A DNA stretch of 64,000 bases from Minisyncoccia bacterium (GTDB lineage: Bacteria; Patescibacteriota; Minisyncoccia; SW-4-49-11): positions 4,735-68,734 of the forward strand of contig JBIKVS010000003.1 of the NCBI GenBank assembly GCA_044356725.1, in the 5' to 3' direction. A program made the position numbers and the translations under genes. Below the pieces are notes generated by a model. That model saw only the letters and a list, made by a program, of their open reading frames with translations. It searched no databases and was not told where the DNA came from. Shown in pieces: positions 26,738 to 38,019 of the stretch (position 1 is its first letter; each line of letters begins with the position of its first letter).

Positions 26738-27945
26738 TATTCTTGAGTTACCTTATATAGTAAACCATTTTTTTGATCTGTAATAATCATTGCTCCAGCA
26801 TTGTCAAAAGTAACTCCTTTTGGACTTCCCCAAATAGTCCCATCAGATAATAACCATCCGGTAATAAAGTTTTTCGCTGTAGAATCTTGATTAATATCTT
26901 TAATGACTACTTTATATCCTTTAGGAATAGATTTATTCTGACCTCCTTGATATATAAATACATATTTGTTAGCAAAATCACTGTAGAATTTATTTGGAAT
27001 TAAATAGAACCCTGATAATCCATGCCCTTTTGGTAATTCAGCCACTGAAGATTCTACTTTATTTTTACAAAAATCAGTTTGATCGGCATATTTAGGGTCT
27101 GTATTATCGGATCCATAGCAGTATGGCCACCCATAATCTTTTCCTTCTTCTATTTTATTTATCTCAACCATTGGTAATTGATTACTAATTCCAGTTCGTC
27201 CTATATCTGTTACAATAAAGTTATCTTCAGTTAAAACCATATCGGTAATTTGTTTTAATCCCTTTGCAAATAATTTTTCATCTTTTCCATCCATTGAGTA
27301 TGACATTATACTTCCAAATTTTTGGTCTTTAGGTTTACAAGCTTCACAATTAGCTGATATACCTATATAAATTCTATTATCATAAACAGCGATAGTATGA
27401 TATGTATTATTTTTAGGTTTTGGTAAATTATCAATGAGAGTTTTACGCTCTTTATAACTTCCATCAAATTGTATATCAATGTACTGTATAACTTTTGTAT
27501 CTGTAACTATATACACAGAACCATTATACCAATCCAATGATATTATGGCTTTTAATTTATTATCCACAACTTTAGGTTGCTGTGGATTATCATTAGGAAC
27601 TATCCAAAGAGTATTGGATTCACTATCAGTAACAAAAATATTACCTTTATCATCTGATTTTACAAATTGAGGAGATTTAAAACCCTGAGTTAAGATACTA
27701 ATTTTAAAATTTTCTGGAAGATATAAAGTCTGTTTCTTGTCTTTAATATTGATAATCTGAGGCTTTAGTCCATCAAGTACAGGCTCCTCAATTAACTCTT
27801 TGGAAATTAAATTATTTCGCTGAATTTGTTCTTGTCTAAATTGTGTTATTTGTTGTGTTTGAATAAATATAAAAATAACCAGACTTATTAGTATAGTTCC
27901 TATTAGGATACGATAAATGTATTTTGATTCTATACGTACTTTCAT
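26737..27945 (-). CDS. Secreted beta-propeller protein, soluble glucose/sorbosone dehydrogenase (GSDH)-like
   Basis: Signal anchor; DYGWPYCYG motif resembling the GSDH NYGWP motif; blade-like repeats. Confidence 0.5.
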   Translation of the reverse strand: MKVRIESKYIYRILIGTILISLVIFIFIQTQQITQFRQEQIQRNNLISKELIEEPVLDGLKPQIINIKDKKQTLYLPENFKISILTQGFKSPQFVKSDDKGNIFVTDSESNTLWIVPNDNPQQPKVVDNKLKAIISLDWYNGSVYIVTDTKVIQYIDIQFDGSYKERKTLIDNLPKPKNNTYHTIAVYDNRIYIGISANCEACKPKDQKFGSIMSYSMDGKDEKLFAKGLKQITDMVLTEDNFIVTDIGRTGISNQLPMVEINKIEEGKDYGWPYCYGSDNTDPKYADQTDFCKNKVESSVAELPKGHGLSGFYLIPNKFYSDFANKYVFIYQGGQNKSIPKGYKVVIKDINQDSTAKNFITGWLLSDGTIWGSPKGVTFDNAGAMIITDQKNGLLYKVTQE

Positions 27946-28070
27946 ATCTTTAATAACTATATTATATATTATACTATATATTCAATAAATTTTCAATTTC
28001 ACATCTAATACATACTCTTCACAAACTTATATATATATAATATACTTTATAATATATAAGTTATATTATT

Positions 28071-28529
28071 ATGAGTAAAGTTAAAAATAGTAAAAAATTA
28101 AAGAAGCAACCTATTATTGCTATCCCTGATTTAGTCCCTGATATTGATCCTAGTAAAATTAAAGAGACTGGATTTAATTTTATTAAAGAATTTAAAGCCT
28201 TTGCTTTACAGGGAAATGTTATAGATTTAGCAGTAGGTATTATTATTGGAGCTGCCTTCAATTCTCTTGTACAATCTTTAGTAAAAGATTTGGTTATGCC
28301 CATTTTTGGATGGATTATCGGAGGTACTGACTTTTCTAGCCTTTATATATCTCTTAACGGTACATTTAACTCTTTAGCTGATGCACAAGCAGCTAAAGCA
28401 CCTGTCATTATGTATGGATTATTTATAAACCAGATAATCAATTTTTTAATTGTCTCATTCTCAATCTTCATAGTACTTAAAGTATTTTTAAGAAGAAAAT
28501 CTGAAGAATTAATAGCTAAGAAAAAGTAA
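28071..28529 (+). CDS. mscL: Large-conductance mechanosensitive channel MscL (with N-terminal extension)
   Basis: [44 protein letters not shown] matches the conserved MscL TM1 region; the roughly 40-aa N-terminal extension may reflect a mis-called start. Confidence 0.8.
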   Translation: MSKVKNSKKLKKQPIIAIPDLVPDIDPSKIKETGFNFIKEFKAFALQGNVIDLAVGIIIGAAFNSLVQSLVKDLVMPIFGWIIGGTDFSSLYISLNGTFNSLADAQAAKAPVIMYGLFINQIINFLIVSFSIFIVLKVFLRRKSEELIAKKK

Positions 28530-28590
28530 TTATATTTTCCTTATTTTACAAGTTACCAGATTGCTTTTAGCTATCAAAAACTTTAATATT

Positions 28591-30246
28591 CTATTTCAAT
28601 TTATCAATTACCACAGCATCCTCACCATGCTGTATTATAAAACTAAACCACATTTCAAAATAGAATGGTATTTCATTATTTTTTGAGTCAGTAATTGTTA
28701 AAATATCATCTGTTCTAGTTAAATTGATATTTTTTCCATTTACATTAAAATTATAATTAGTATTTTCTTTAATATCTAAATAAGGAATACCTATAAATTT
28801 ATCTTCATCTCGTAGAACTACAAAGATTGTTTTTGATGGGAAACGTAAATCCAAGTTACTTGGTGAAAATATAAATTCTTCACTATCCTCATATCCAGAG
28901 TAAGGATTTCTAGTATAATCTCTTTGATATCCTGTGTTTTCACTTAGTACTAGAGCTTTTGGATATTGCCTTTTTACTTCAGATATTGTCATCAATTGCA
29001 TTGGGATGAGATTTAATTGAGTATCTAAAGAATCACCGGCTAAAATTTTACCTGTACTCTGCTGCCATAATGATTCATTCTCTCTATCAAACATTATCAT
29101 ATTACTCTCTAATAGGAATCCACTCACTCCAAAGGTCAATGTTTTACCTAATACATTTCTATCATAAACTATAGCACTACCACATAGTGGACAGAATGTC
29201 ACAGCTACTGGAGTTCCGTTAATAGTATCATTAACTATCTCATGCCAATTCAATATATTATAGGGATATACTTTTACCTCATCTCCATCTTTAAGTACTA
29301 TAGCTTGAATTTTATCATTATATTGTACTGTGTCTATTGATACAAATTTTGGATTATCTATTGAGGGGATTCCATCCTTCCCTGGTCCTCCAGATATCGC
29401 TCGTTTTAAATTGACATCTGAATTAGCCCATTGTGTATTTGGGAAGGATTTGCTTAAATCCTGAGGGATATTATCTAAATTAAGATTAGATTTATTAGGT
29501 TGATTATCTTCTTTAGGCGAAAACCTTTCAATTAATGATTCTTCAAATTGAATAGTTGCTCCATATCCAGAATCTAATATAGCTGACTCAATTTTTTTAT
29601 CATACCCAGTAAGTATTGCCAAACCTACAAGAATAATTAATACTCCAAATATTTTTTTTGCTCCATTAGCGGCATCCATATGATTGGTAATTTTATTTAT
29701 AAACTTACCACCAAAATATGCAATTATTAAGAGCGAACAAGCTAGCCCAAATGTAAATCCTAATAAATATATGAATCCAACAAAAAATCCTACTGGAAGA
29801 ATAGTAGCTATTATAAATAGATATGTTGGGGAACATGTAGTAAATACAGGCCCTAATGCAAGACCAATAAGTACGTCTCCAGCATAATTTTTTTTCTTAT
29901 ATCCTTTTCCTATAGCTTTATTCCCTATAATGCTAATTTTTTGGATAAATGGAATATTTGTCCAAAAAGAAGGAAATACTATACCTATTCCAACTAATAA
30001 TATAATTCCTCCTGAAAGTAAACTCCAAAAATACTGAGGGATATCGATAAGGAGGGTACTTGCTTTAAGTAGGAGTGTAAATAAAACAATTGATATAGAT
30101 AGAGATCCTATTACAACCACTGATTTTTTGGATATATGATTATGTCCGTTTTCAGAAGATCCAATTACAATTGGTAAAAGAGGTAGAATACAAGGAGCTA
30201 AAACAGTAAGCACACCCGCAAGAATTGATACTAGTAAGAAAATCAT
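28591..30246 (-). CDS. Fusion protein: DsbD/CcdA-like thiol-disulfide transporter TM domain plus C-terminal DUF3179 domain
   Basis: N-terminal LAPCILPLLP CcdA/DsbD motif with six TM helices; C-terminal KDGIPSIDNPKF...GTPVAVTFCPLCGSAIVYDR, typical of DUF3179. Confidence 0.6.
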   Translation of the reverse strand: MIFLLVSILAGVLTVLAPCILPLLPIVIGSSENGHNHISKKSVVVIGSLSISIVLFTLLLKASTLLIDIPQYFWSLLSGGIILLVGIGIVFPSFWTNIPFIQKISIIGNKAIGKGYKKKNYAGDVLIGLALGPVFTTCSPTYLFIIATILPVGFFVGFIYLLGFTFGLACSLLIIAYFGGKFINKITNHMDAANGAKKIFGVLIILVGLAILTGYDKKIESAILDSGYGATIQFEESLIERFSPKEDNQPNKSNLNLDNIPQDLSKSFPNTQWANSDVNLKRAISGGPGKDGIPSIDNPKFVSIDTVQYNDKIQAIVLKDGDEVKVYPYNILNWHEIVNDTINGTPVAVTFCPLCGSAIVYDRNVLGKTLTFGVSGFLLESNMIMFDRENESLWQQSTGKILAGDSLDTQLNLIPMQLMTISEVKRQYPKALVLSENTGYQRDYTRNPYSGYEDSEEFIFSPSNLDLRFPSKTIFVVLRDEDKFIGIPYLDIKENTNYNFNVNGKNINLTRTDDILTITDSKNNEIPFYFEMWFSFIIQHGEDAVVIDKLK

Positions 30247-30251
30247 ATAAT

Positions 30252-30740
30252 TTAGTTTATTTTTGAAAGTATACTTTCAAGATTTGAGCCTCCACTCCAT
30301 TTTTGAATTAGATTCCCATCTTTATCTACCTGCACAAGTGTGTGTTGACTTGTAACCCCATACTTCTTCTTTAATTCTGTCTCTTTATCATAATCAGCTT
30401 TCAGAATAGTGACATCTGATGGGATAGAATCAATATTTTTTTCTATATCATTATTAAGCGCTCTACATGAAGGACACCAAGATGCTTGAAAGAAGATTAC
30501 AGCTTTTCCATTCTCTGCCAAAGAAATCTTGTCTTCACTATATATCTGATATGATGATTGTTCGTCCCCAGATTTAATATCTGCATTCTTATTTAAAGAC
30601 TGTGATTCATTTAAATCATTAGTAATATTGTTTTTAACTTCATTCGAATTATCTGGTTCAACTTTATTATCTCTACTAAGTACAAAATACGATGCTAATA
30701 CTATAATAATTAATACAATAATCCATAGATTCTTCTTCAT
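30252..30740 (-). CDS. Membrane-anchored thioredoxin-like thiol-disulfide oxidoreductase (TlpA/ResA-like)
   Basis: WCPSC active site in a thioredoxin fold with an N-terminal signal anchor. Confidence 0.7.
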   Translation of the reverse strand: MKKNLWIIVLIIIVLASYFVLSRDNKVEPDNSNEVKNNITNDLNESQSLNKNADIKSGDEQSSYQIYSEDKISLAENGKAVIFFQASWCPSCRALNNDIEKNIDSIPSDVTILKADYDKETELKKKYGVTSQHTLVQVDKDGNLIQKWSGGSNLESILSKIN

Positions 30741-30750
30741 ATGTTTTTAG

Positions 30751-31032
30751 TTATTCTGCTAATATATTTAATACTTTTAATAATTTTTCTGATAAGGCAT
30801 TATTTTCTTTGAGGTAGCAAATAATCTGCCCCATTCTATGAGCTTTTACAAGTCCCTTGGAAGTAAGATAAGCTAGTTGATGTGATGCCAGTGATTGAGA
30901 AATTTGTACAGTTTGAGATATTTCATTAACACATAGATCTCTATTAGAACTATATATCAGCTTCAAAATCTTATATCTATTTAAATTAGACAATACTCTC
31001 ATCAATACTATTTTATTACTTTCTTCGATCAT
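30751..31032 (-). CDS. ArsR/SmtB-family transcriptional regulator
   Basis: 93 aa with a winged-HTH region LCVNEISQTVQISQSLASHQLAYLTSKGLV; first gene of the redox operon. Confidence 0.7.
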   Translation of the reverse strand: MIEESNKIVLMRVLSNLNRYKILKLIYSSNRDLCVNEISQTVQISQSLASHQLAYLTSKGLVKAHRMGQIICYLKENNALSEKLLKVLNILAE

Positions 31033-31122
31033 ATTAAATTTAAATTTAAACTTATAATTATATTACTTTACAAGACTTGGAAAAACTATTGGAATTATAA
31101 AAATAACGATAAATGTACTTAT

Positions 31123-31150
31123 ATATTAATATATGCGCATATATTAATAT
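31123..31150. promoter_or_regulatory. 28-bp perfect palindrome centred on GCGC, candidate ArsR-family operator
   Basis: atatattaatatatgcgcatatattaatat is perfectly self-complementary and lies about 90-120 bp upstream of the arsR start on the minus strand. Confidence 0.35.
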
Positions 31151-31374
31151 TATATACCGAAGTTTAAATATATGCAATAGCTTATAATATAAAATACTAA
31201 AGGACATTTCTTAAAATAGGAAAGCATGATTTACGTAATTTATTTTTGCTTTTTATATATTGTCTAATTAATCAATCATTCTTAGAGCATACTTAATTGC
31301 AAAATAGCTACCTTCCTCAAAATAAGCTCCCTAAAGAAATTCTTTCAATTTAGGAAACTATAATCTTATTATTA

Positions 31375-31550
31375 CACTATTTCCTCCTTTCATTTTTTAT
31401 ACTACTTTTTCCTATTCCTAATTCTATCCCTATCTCTCTATAATTATATCCCATCCCTATATATGTCTCTATCTGTATCCTATCTTTATACTTTAGTCTC
31501 TTATACTTCCTCATATCCTTATTATTTACTTATTCCTTTCTTATTATATA
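31375..31550. repeat. G-depleted polypyrimidine/CT-rich low-complexity tract
   Basis: Roughly 175 nt on the plus strand with only about 4 G, built from tatcYY/tctc-like units; purine-rich on the minus strand. Confidence 0.6.
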
Positions 31551-31748
31551 CTGTTGCATTAGATCTCTGAAGAAAAGAAATATATAAATTAAAATAAAGA
31601 CTAATGGGCCATATATACCAAATGATTGAATAAAGTTTTGTGTTTTTTGAATATCTAATAATTTGGAATTTTGAGTATATATAGTTATACCTATTAATAT
31701 AATTATACTTAAAGGAATAATACTCTTTTTAAATGAGATATGTTTCAT
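31530..31748 (-). CDS. Small hypothetical membrane protein (doubtful)
   Basis: 72-aa ORF with two hydrophobic segments; no other support. Confidence 0.2.
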   Translation of the reverse strand: MKHISFKKSIIPLSIIILIGITIYTQNSKLLDIQKTQNFIQSFGIYGPLVFILIYIFLFFRDLMQQYIIRKE

Positions 31749-31845
31749 ATATAATAAGTATCTATAACAGAATATATAAATAATTTAGAGTATAAATTTT
31801 CTAATATGAGATAATAATAATAACATATCATGTAAAAAACCAATA

Positions 31846-32439
31846 TTAATCTAAAATACCATCTAAATTAACATCATATAGTATTCTTTCATTGGCTAAG
31901 TTATATTTGATAATTTCTGATTCATTAAACCAAAGAGAAATTTCTCTTTCTGCTTCTGAGACTTTATCTGAGCAATGCACTAAATTTCTAACAGCTCTTG
32001 ATGATGAGTTAGCTAGAGAATAGGTATCTACTGTATAATCTCCTCTTATCGTACCTACATCTGAAGTTAATGGTTCTGTACCTCCTACTAGTTTTTTTAC
32101 AACCCCTACAGATTGATTACCTTGTACTATAAATGCTATCACTGGACCAGATGTCATAAAATCAATATTTCCTCTTAAAATATCTTTTCCATATTCTATA
32201 GCCTCTTTTTCAACATCTAAGCCTTGAGATTTTCTAGACTGAATAGCAATAGTTCCCTTTTCTACAAACCAAGCATCATCTTTATTATAATGCTTCCATA
32301 ATACATCTTCACTAGCTACTATCATTTTTAGAGCTATAATTTTAAGACCGGTTCTCTCAATTCGAGATATAATATCTCCCACCAAACTTCTTTGTACTCC
32401 GTCTGGTTTAATAATTACTAAGGTTCTCTCTTTAATCAT
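31846..32439 (-). CDS. ndk: Nucleoside diphosphate kinase (with C-terminal extension)
   Basis: LVIIKPDGVQRSLVGDIISRIERTGLKI and an NDK fold; 197 aa against a typical roughly 140. Confidence 0.85.
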   Translation of the reverse strand: MIKERTLVIIKPDGVQRSLVGDIISRIERTGLKIIALKMIVASEDVLWKHYNKDDAWFVEKGTIAIQSRKSQGLDVEKEAIEYGKDILRGNIDFMTSGPVIAFIVQGNQSVGVVKKLVGGTEPLTSDVGTIRGDYTVDTYSLANSSSRAVRNLVHCSDKVSEAEREISLWFNESEIIKYNLANERILYDVNLDGILD

Positions 32440-32503
32440 AAAAATATCTTATTATTTATATACCAATATTATATACTTTATTTAACTTTTTTACAATATA
32501 AAA

Positions 32504-32526
32504 ATTAGGAGGTCTCCCCCCTAATC
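32504..32526 (-). terminator. Candidate rho-independent terminator downstream of groEL
   Basis: Read on the minus strand: stem attagg/cctaat with a G/C-rich loop, followed by a T-run. Confidence 0.35.
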
Positions 32527-32544
32527 TTTATATGCTCAAAATCA

Positions 32545-34206
<1,662 letters not shown>

Positions 34207-34222
34207 TTATAATTGATAAATT

Positions 34223-34483
34223 TTATAAGGTGGCAAGAATATCCTCTTCTTTTATGATTAAATAATCCTCCGATTCTAAGCTTATTTCTGTTGGTCCGTA
34301 TTTGGCAAATACTACATTTTGTCCTACTTGTACAACTTTTACATCTTTACCAACTGAGACAACTTCTCCAATTTGAGGTTTATCCTGCTTAGCAGTATCA
34401 GGGATATAAATTCCACTTGCAGTTTTTTCTTCTGCTTTTTGAGGTTTAATTAAAACTTTATCGAATAATGGCTGTATATTCAT
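34223..34483 (-). CDS. groS: Co-chaperonin GroES
   Basis: 86 aa; the mobile-loop and roof-hairpin pattern (IKP...TASGIYIPD...GEVVSVG) is typical of GroES. Confidence 0.9.
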   Translation of the reverse strand: MNIQPLFDKVLIKPQKAEEKTASGIYIPDTAKQDKPQIGEVVSVGKDVKVVQVGQNVVFAKYGPTEISLESEDYLIIKEEDILATL

Positions 34484-34522
34484 ATATTATATCTATTAAA
34501 TTATTCTAATATTTGATTGATT

Positions 34523-34549
34523 TTAGCAGTTATAACTCTAGACTGCTAA
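34523..34549. promoter_or_regulatory. CIRCE-like inverted repeat (HrcA operator variant) upstream of groES
   Basis: ttagcagtt-N9-gactgctaa compared with the CIRCE consensus TTAGCACTC-N9-GAGTGCTAA: same 9-N9-9 architecture with a swapped inner triplet; about 40 bp upstream of the groES start; hrcA is present in the window. Confidence 0.55.
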
Positions 34550-34650
34550 TAAATTTATTATACTGTAAGTATATTATTTTGTCAACAAAATAAATAGAGT
34601 GATGCAGTAGAACTATATCACTCTATTTTAATACTAAATACAAGTATATA

Positions 34651-36552
34651 TTAATCCAGAGTACCGTTGGAGTTATATTTAGCTATAAAGGAATCTGTTC
34701 CTCCTATACTAGTTAGCTCTTGAATAATGCCACCTTGTCCAAAATTAGATAAACCTTGGAAATAACCTACTACTAAAACATTACCATCTATATCCACATC
34801 AACGCCTCTACCAGAGTCTGCACCTGATCCACCAGCTCTCCTAGCCCAGGCTAATGTTCCATTGGCATTATATTTTGCTATAAAGGCATCTTGTGCTCCT
34901 GCACTAACTAATGATGTCTGATTAGATTCACCTTGACCAAAAGTTGCCGTACCCTCAAAGTATCCAGTTATTATGGAACTTCCATCTGTATTTATGGCAA
35001 TATCAATAGCTAAATCTCCTCCATTTCCTCCAGCTTTCTTAGCCCAAGCTAATGTTCCGTCTGAATTATATTTAGCTACATATATGTCTGCTTGTACTCC
35101 TGTACTGACTAATGTTGTTTCATTTGACTCACCCTGTCCAAAGACTGCTGTCCCCCAGAAAAATCCAGTTACTATACTACTCCCATCACTATGCATACCT
35201 ATATCTCTAGCCCAGTTTATATCTGCTCCTATTGACAAGACTTTTTTTGCCCATATAATACTTCCATCTGAATTGTATTTAGCTATATAGCTATTATAAG
35301 TTCCTGAGGCAGTTAAAATTGTCTGATTAGGGTCACCCTCACCGAAAATAACAGAATTAGTGCTAGCAAACTGTCCTGCAACAACAAATGTTCCATCTAT
35401 ATTATTACTAATTCCATATCCCCATTCCCAAGAATTACCACCTATTCTTTTAGACCAGGCTAATGTACCATTAGAATTATATTTAGCTATAAAGGTATCT
35501 GTAGCACCTCCACTAACAAGAGTAGTAGCATTGGCTTCTCCCTGTCCAAAGACTGCTGTCCCCTCAAAGTATCCAGTTACCAAAGCACTGCCATCAGAAT
35601 TAGCAGCTAATCCGAAGCCATATTCTCTTTCACCAGTACCACCTGCTCTCTTAGCCCAAACTAAATTACCATCCGTAGCATATTTTGCAACAAATATATC
35701 TCTACTTCCTGCACTGACTAGAGTTGTGGCATTAGGTTCTCCTTGTCCAAAGACTGCCGTACCTGTAAATGAACCTGTTACAATACTTGTCCCATCTGCA
35801 TATCCTATAATATAGTTACCCCCATAATCTTCACTAGTACCACCTGCTCTTTTGGCCCATGCCAAAGTTCCACTGGGATTATATTTAGCTATAAATATAT
35901 CTCTACTCCCTGCACTGACTAAAGTTGTAGCATTAGGTTCTCCTTGTCCAAGGATAGTAGTACCTTCAAATGAACCTGTAACTAAAACACTACCATCACT
36001 TAACTTAGAGACCCCTCCACTTTTATCCAAACCACCAGATCCCCCAGCTTGGACTAGAAAAGTTTGAGTTGGAGTTATAGTATTGATAACCAAATCTTGC
36101 TCTAATTCTGCTTTATTAGCTCTGAGACTAATCTGATTATTCGAGTCTTTAGCAATTTCATAACCTGTTTCTCCAACTATTGTATCGGTATCTTTGGGAA
36201 TTTCACTTAAGTATGTAGGGACCAACACTCTTAAATCTATCTTACCATCACAGTATCCTGTACTCGGTAGTGTATCTTCTATAGTAAGATTGCCTGTATC
36301 ACATATCTCTATATATGTATTAGTAGGTATGTTTAAATCTACAAATCCCCTATTAACTGCATTATATTGCTGTAATGCATTATAGATATCATTAATTGAG
36401 ACTTGTCTCTCAAGATTTCTAGATTGTGAGATTTGTCTACTAGGATTTATAGCTACTAGAACAATACTAGATAATATACCTATTACAACTATGGTCAAAA
36501 GTATCTCTAATAATGTAAATCCTTTATTACTTATCTTATTATATTTATTCAT
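34651..36552 (-). CDS. Prepilin-type N-terminal domain fused to SBBP-like beta-propeller repeats (large pilin-like adhesin candidate)
   Basis: Leader MNKYNKISNKG|FTLLEILLTIVVIGILSSIV; the C-terminus has about ten repeats of ...GTAVFGQGE.N.TTLVS.G..D.FIAKYN..G.L.WAK.AGG..., matching the SBBP beta-propeller repeat pattern. Confidence 0.65.
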   Translation of the reverse strand: MNKYNKISNKGFTLLEILLTIVVIGILSSIVLVAINPSRQISQSRNLERQVSINDIYNALQQYNAVNRGFVDLNIPTNTYIEICDTGNLTIEDTLPSTGYCDGKIDLRVLVPTYLSEIPKDTDTIVGETGYEIAKDSNNQISLRANKAELEQDLVINTITPTQTFLVQAGGSGGLDKSGGVSKLSDGSVLVTGSFEGTTILGQGEPNATTLVSAGSRDIFIAKYNPSGTLAWAKRAGGTSEDYGGNYIIGYADGTSIVTGSFTGTAVFGQGEPNATTLVSAGSRDIFVAKYATDGNLVWAKRAGGTGEREYGFGLAANSDGSALVTGYFEGTAVFGQGEANATTLVSGGATDTFIAKYNSNGTLAWSKRIGGNSWEWGYGISNNIDGTFVVAGQFASTNSVIFGEGDPNQTILTASGTYNSYIAKYNSDGSIIWAKKVLSIGADINWARDIGMHSDGSSIVTGFFWGTAVFGQGESNETTLVSTGVQADIYVAKYNSDGTLAWAKKAGGNGGDLAIDIAINTDGSSIITGYFEGTATFGQGESNQTSLVSAGAQDAFIAKYNANGTLAWARRAGGSGADSGRGVDVDIDGNVLVVGYFQGLSNFGQGGIIQELTSIGGTDSFIAKYNSNGTLD

Positions 36553-36613
36553 ATTATTTTATTATTAATATATTTTGTAGTATATAATTCTTTTTTATAA
36601 AATACAATAGATA

Positions 36614-37894
36614 CTATCTAATTACACATCTAAAGCCATGTGTAGGTAAAGAGCATGTAGTATTACAAGGGCCAATTGAGAAAACTCCAGCTCCTTCTTG
36701 AGTCGAATCCCAACCTCCTGACCATGAACCACCTCTCATCCAATTAGAGATCTGAGTTGAGCTACTAGGAGAATGACTTATTAATTGTCCTATATTATTA
36801 GAGCTGTTCCAAGCTATATTGCTAGGTCGATAATAATCATAGTATAATATTCCATTACTGATAATATTATTAAATTCTACTCCAGCCCAACTAATTTGAT
36901 TGTTTGAATAAGGCATATCTTTTTGTTGAATAGTATCTGTAGTCCACTCCCATAGATTACCACTAATATCCCAAATAGTTTCCCCATTACTTAATATATG
37001 TGTTCTTTTTTGCTGCCATCCATTATTAATACTATTCCCTGTATCTTTATATCCCAAATTATCATCTGTGCTAGCTTCTAGAGCTGTATTCGGATTATTA
37101 TCACTATGTCCTCTCCAAATCCCTCCATTACCAATTTCGTTTACTGGAGTTGGGATTGGATTATACCAGTTATTAGATACCGATTCTATATTTCTAGATA
37201 TAGTCATACCTTCTACATTAGTCATTAAACTAGCTCCTGCATTAACACAATAACTTGCAGCCGTTGCTTGATCTATATTAGCTATTGGATACCCAGTAGC
37301 TACACTGGCTATAGTTCTACCATTAGCTGCTGTAGTGGGGGTGGTATTATTTGCTATAGTATTGAAACCAGTATTTGGAGTTGTTAAACCTACAGTTGGA
37401 CTATTGATAGCTACTGCTTTAGCTTCGTATTTCATCACACAAAAGTCTTTGGTTTGATATAGGCTGTTTCCGGGTACTTTTATATAACCTGTTGGACAGC
37501 TGAAGTTTCCTGCTGTATCTGTTGTATTGACATAGACTCTACCATCATTCCCTCTTGCTACCGTATATGTGGTACTACTTGGTATTGCGGATACATATTC
37601 TGGTATTAAACTACTTAGGTTTATACAGTCTGGTGTATTTACTGTATTACTACATACTTTCCTTTGTACTCCATCTAGTCCTGCTGGGTAATTACCTGTA
37701 TCTATCAATCTCTGTTGTAATGCTTTCTCTATTGTATTCTTATCGCTATTTATTGCTGCTTGTCTTGCTTGGTTTATTTGTCTATTTGGATTTATGGCTA
37801 CCAGTACTATTGCCGCTAATATTCCTATTGCTGCTATTACTAATAATATCTCTAGGAGGGTGAAGCCTTTGTTGGCTTTTATATTTCTATTCAT
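36614..37894 (-). CDS. Prepilin-type N-terminal domain fused to an FGE-sulfatase-like (C-type-lectin-fold) domain
   Basis: The ORF track extends to 37978 (TTG start). The likely true start is the ATG at 37892-37894, giving the leader MNRNIKANKG|FTLLEILLVIAAIGILAAIV. C-terminal CPTGYIKVPGNSLYQTKDFCVMKYEAK, GNLWEWTTD, MRGGSW and a terminal HGFRCVIR; paralogous to the C-terminus of 18845-20848. Confidence 0.6.
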   Translation of the reverse strand: MNRNIKANKGFTLLEILLVIAAIGILAAIVLVAINPNRQINQARQAAINSDKNTIEKALQQRLIDTGNYPAGLDGVQRKVCSNTVNTPDCINLSSLIPEYVSAIPSSTTYTVARGNDGRVYVNTTDTAGNFSCPTGYIKVPGNSLYQTKDFCVMKYEAKAVAINSPTVGLTTPNTGFNTIANNTTPTTAANGRTIASVATGYPIANIDQATAASYCVNAGASLMTNVEGMTISRNIESVSNNWYNPIPTPVNEIGNGGIWRGHSDNNPNTALEASTDDNLGYKDTGNSINNGWQQKRTHILSNGETIWDISGNLWEWTTDTIQQKDMPYSNNQISWAGVEFNNIISNGILYYDYYRPSNIAWNSSNNIGQLISHSPSSSTQISNWMRGGSWSGGWDSTQEGAGVFSIGPCNTTCSLPTHGFRCVIR

Positions 37895-38019
37895 ATGTAT
37901 GAGTTTATTATTTATAATTTTATTACAGTCTTTTCTATATCTATTTAACATTATACCTCCCCCCCAGATTTTTGTCAAATTTGGAGTGTGCTGATGTATG
38001 TATAGTTAATATAATAATT

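Noticed and set aside
37895-37978. The 5' extension of the pilin-FGE fusion ORF (TTG start, MTKIWGGGIMLNRYRKDCNKIINNKLIH).
   Set aside because: Prepilin leaders are short. The internal ATG at 37892-37894 yields a canonical 10-aa leader MNRNIKANKG|FTLLE, so the upstream 28 codons are probably untranslated.
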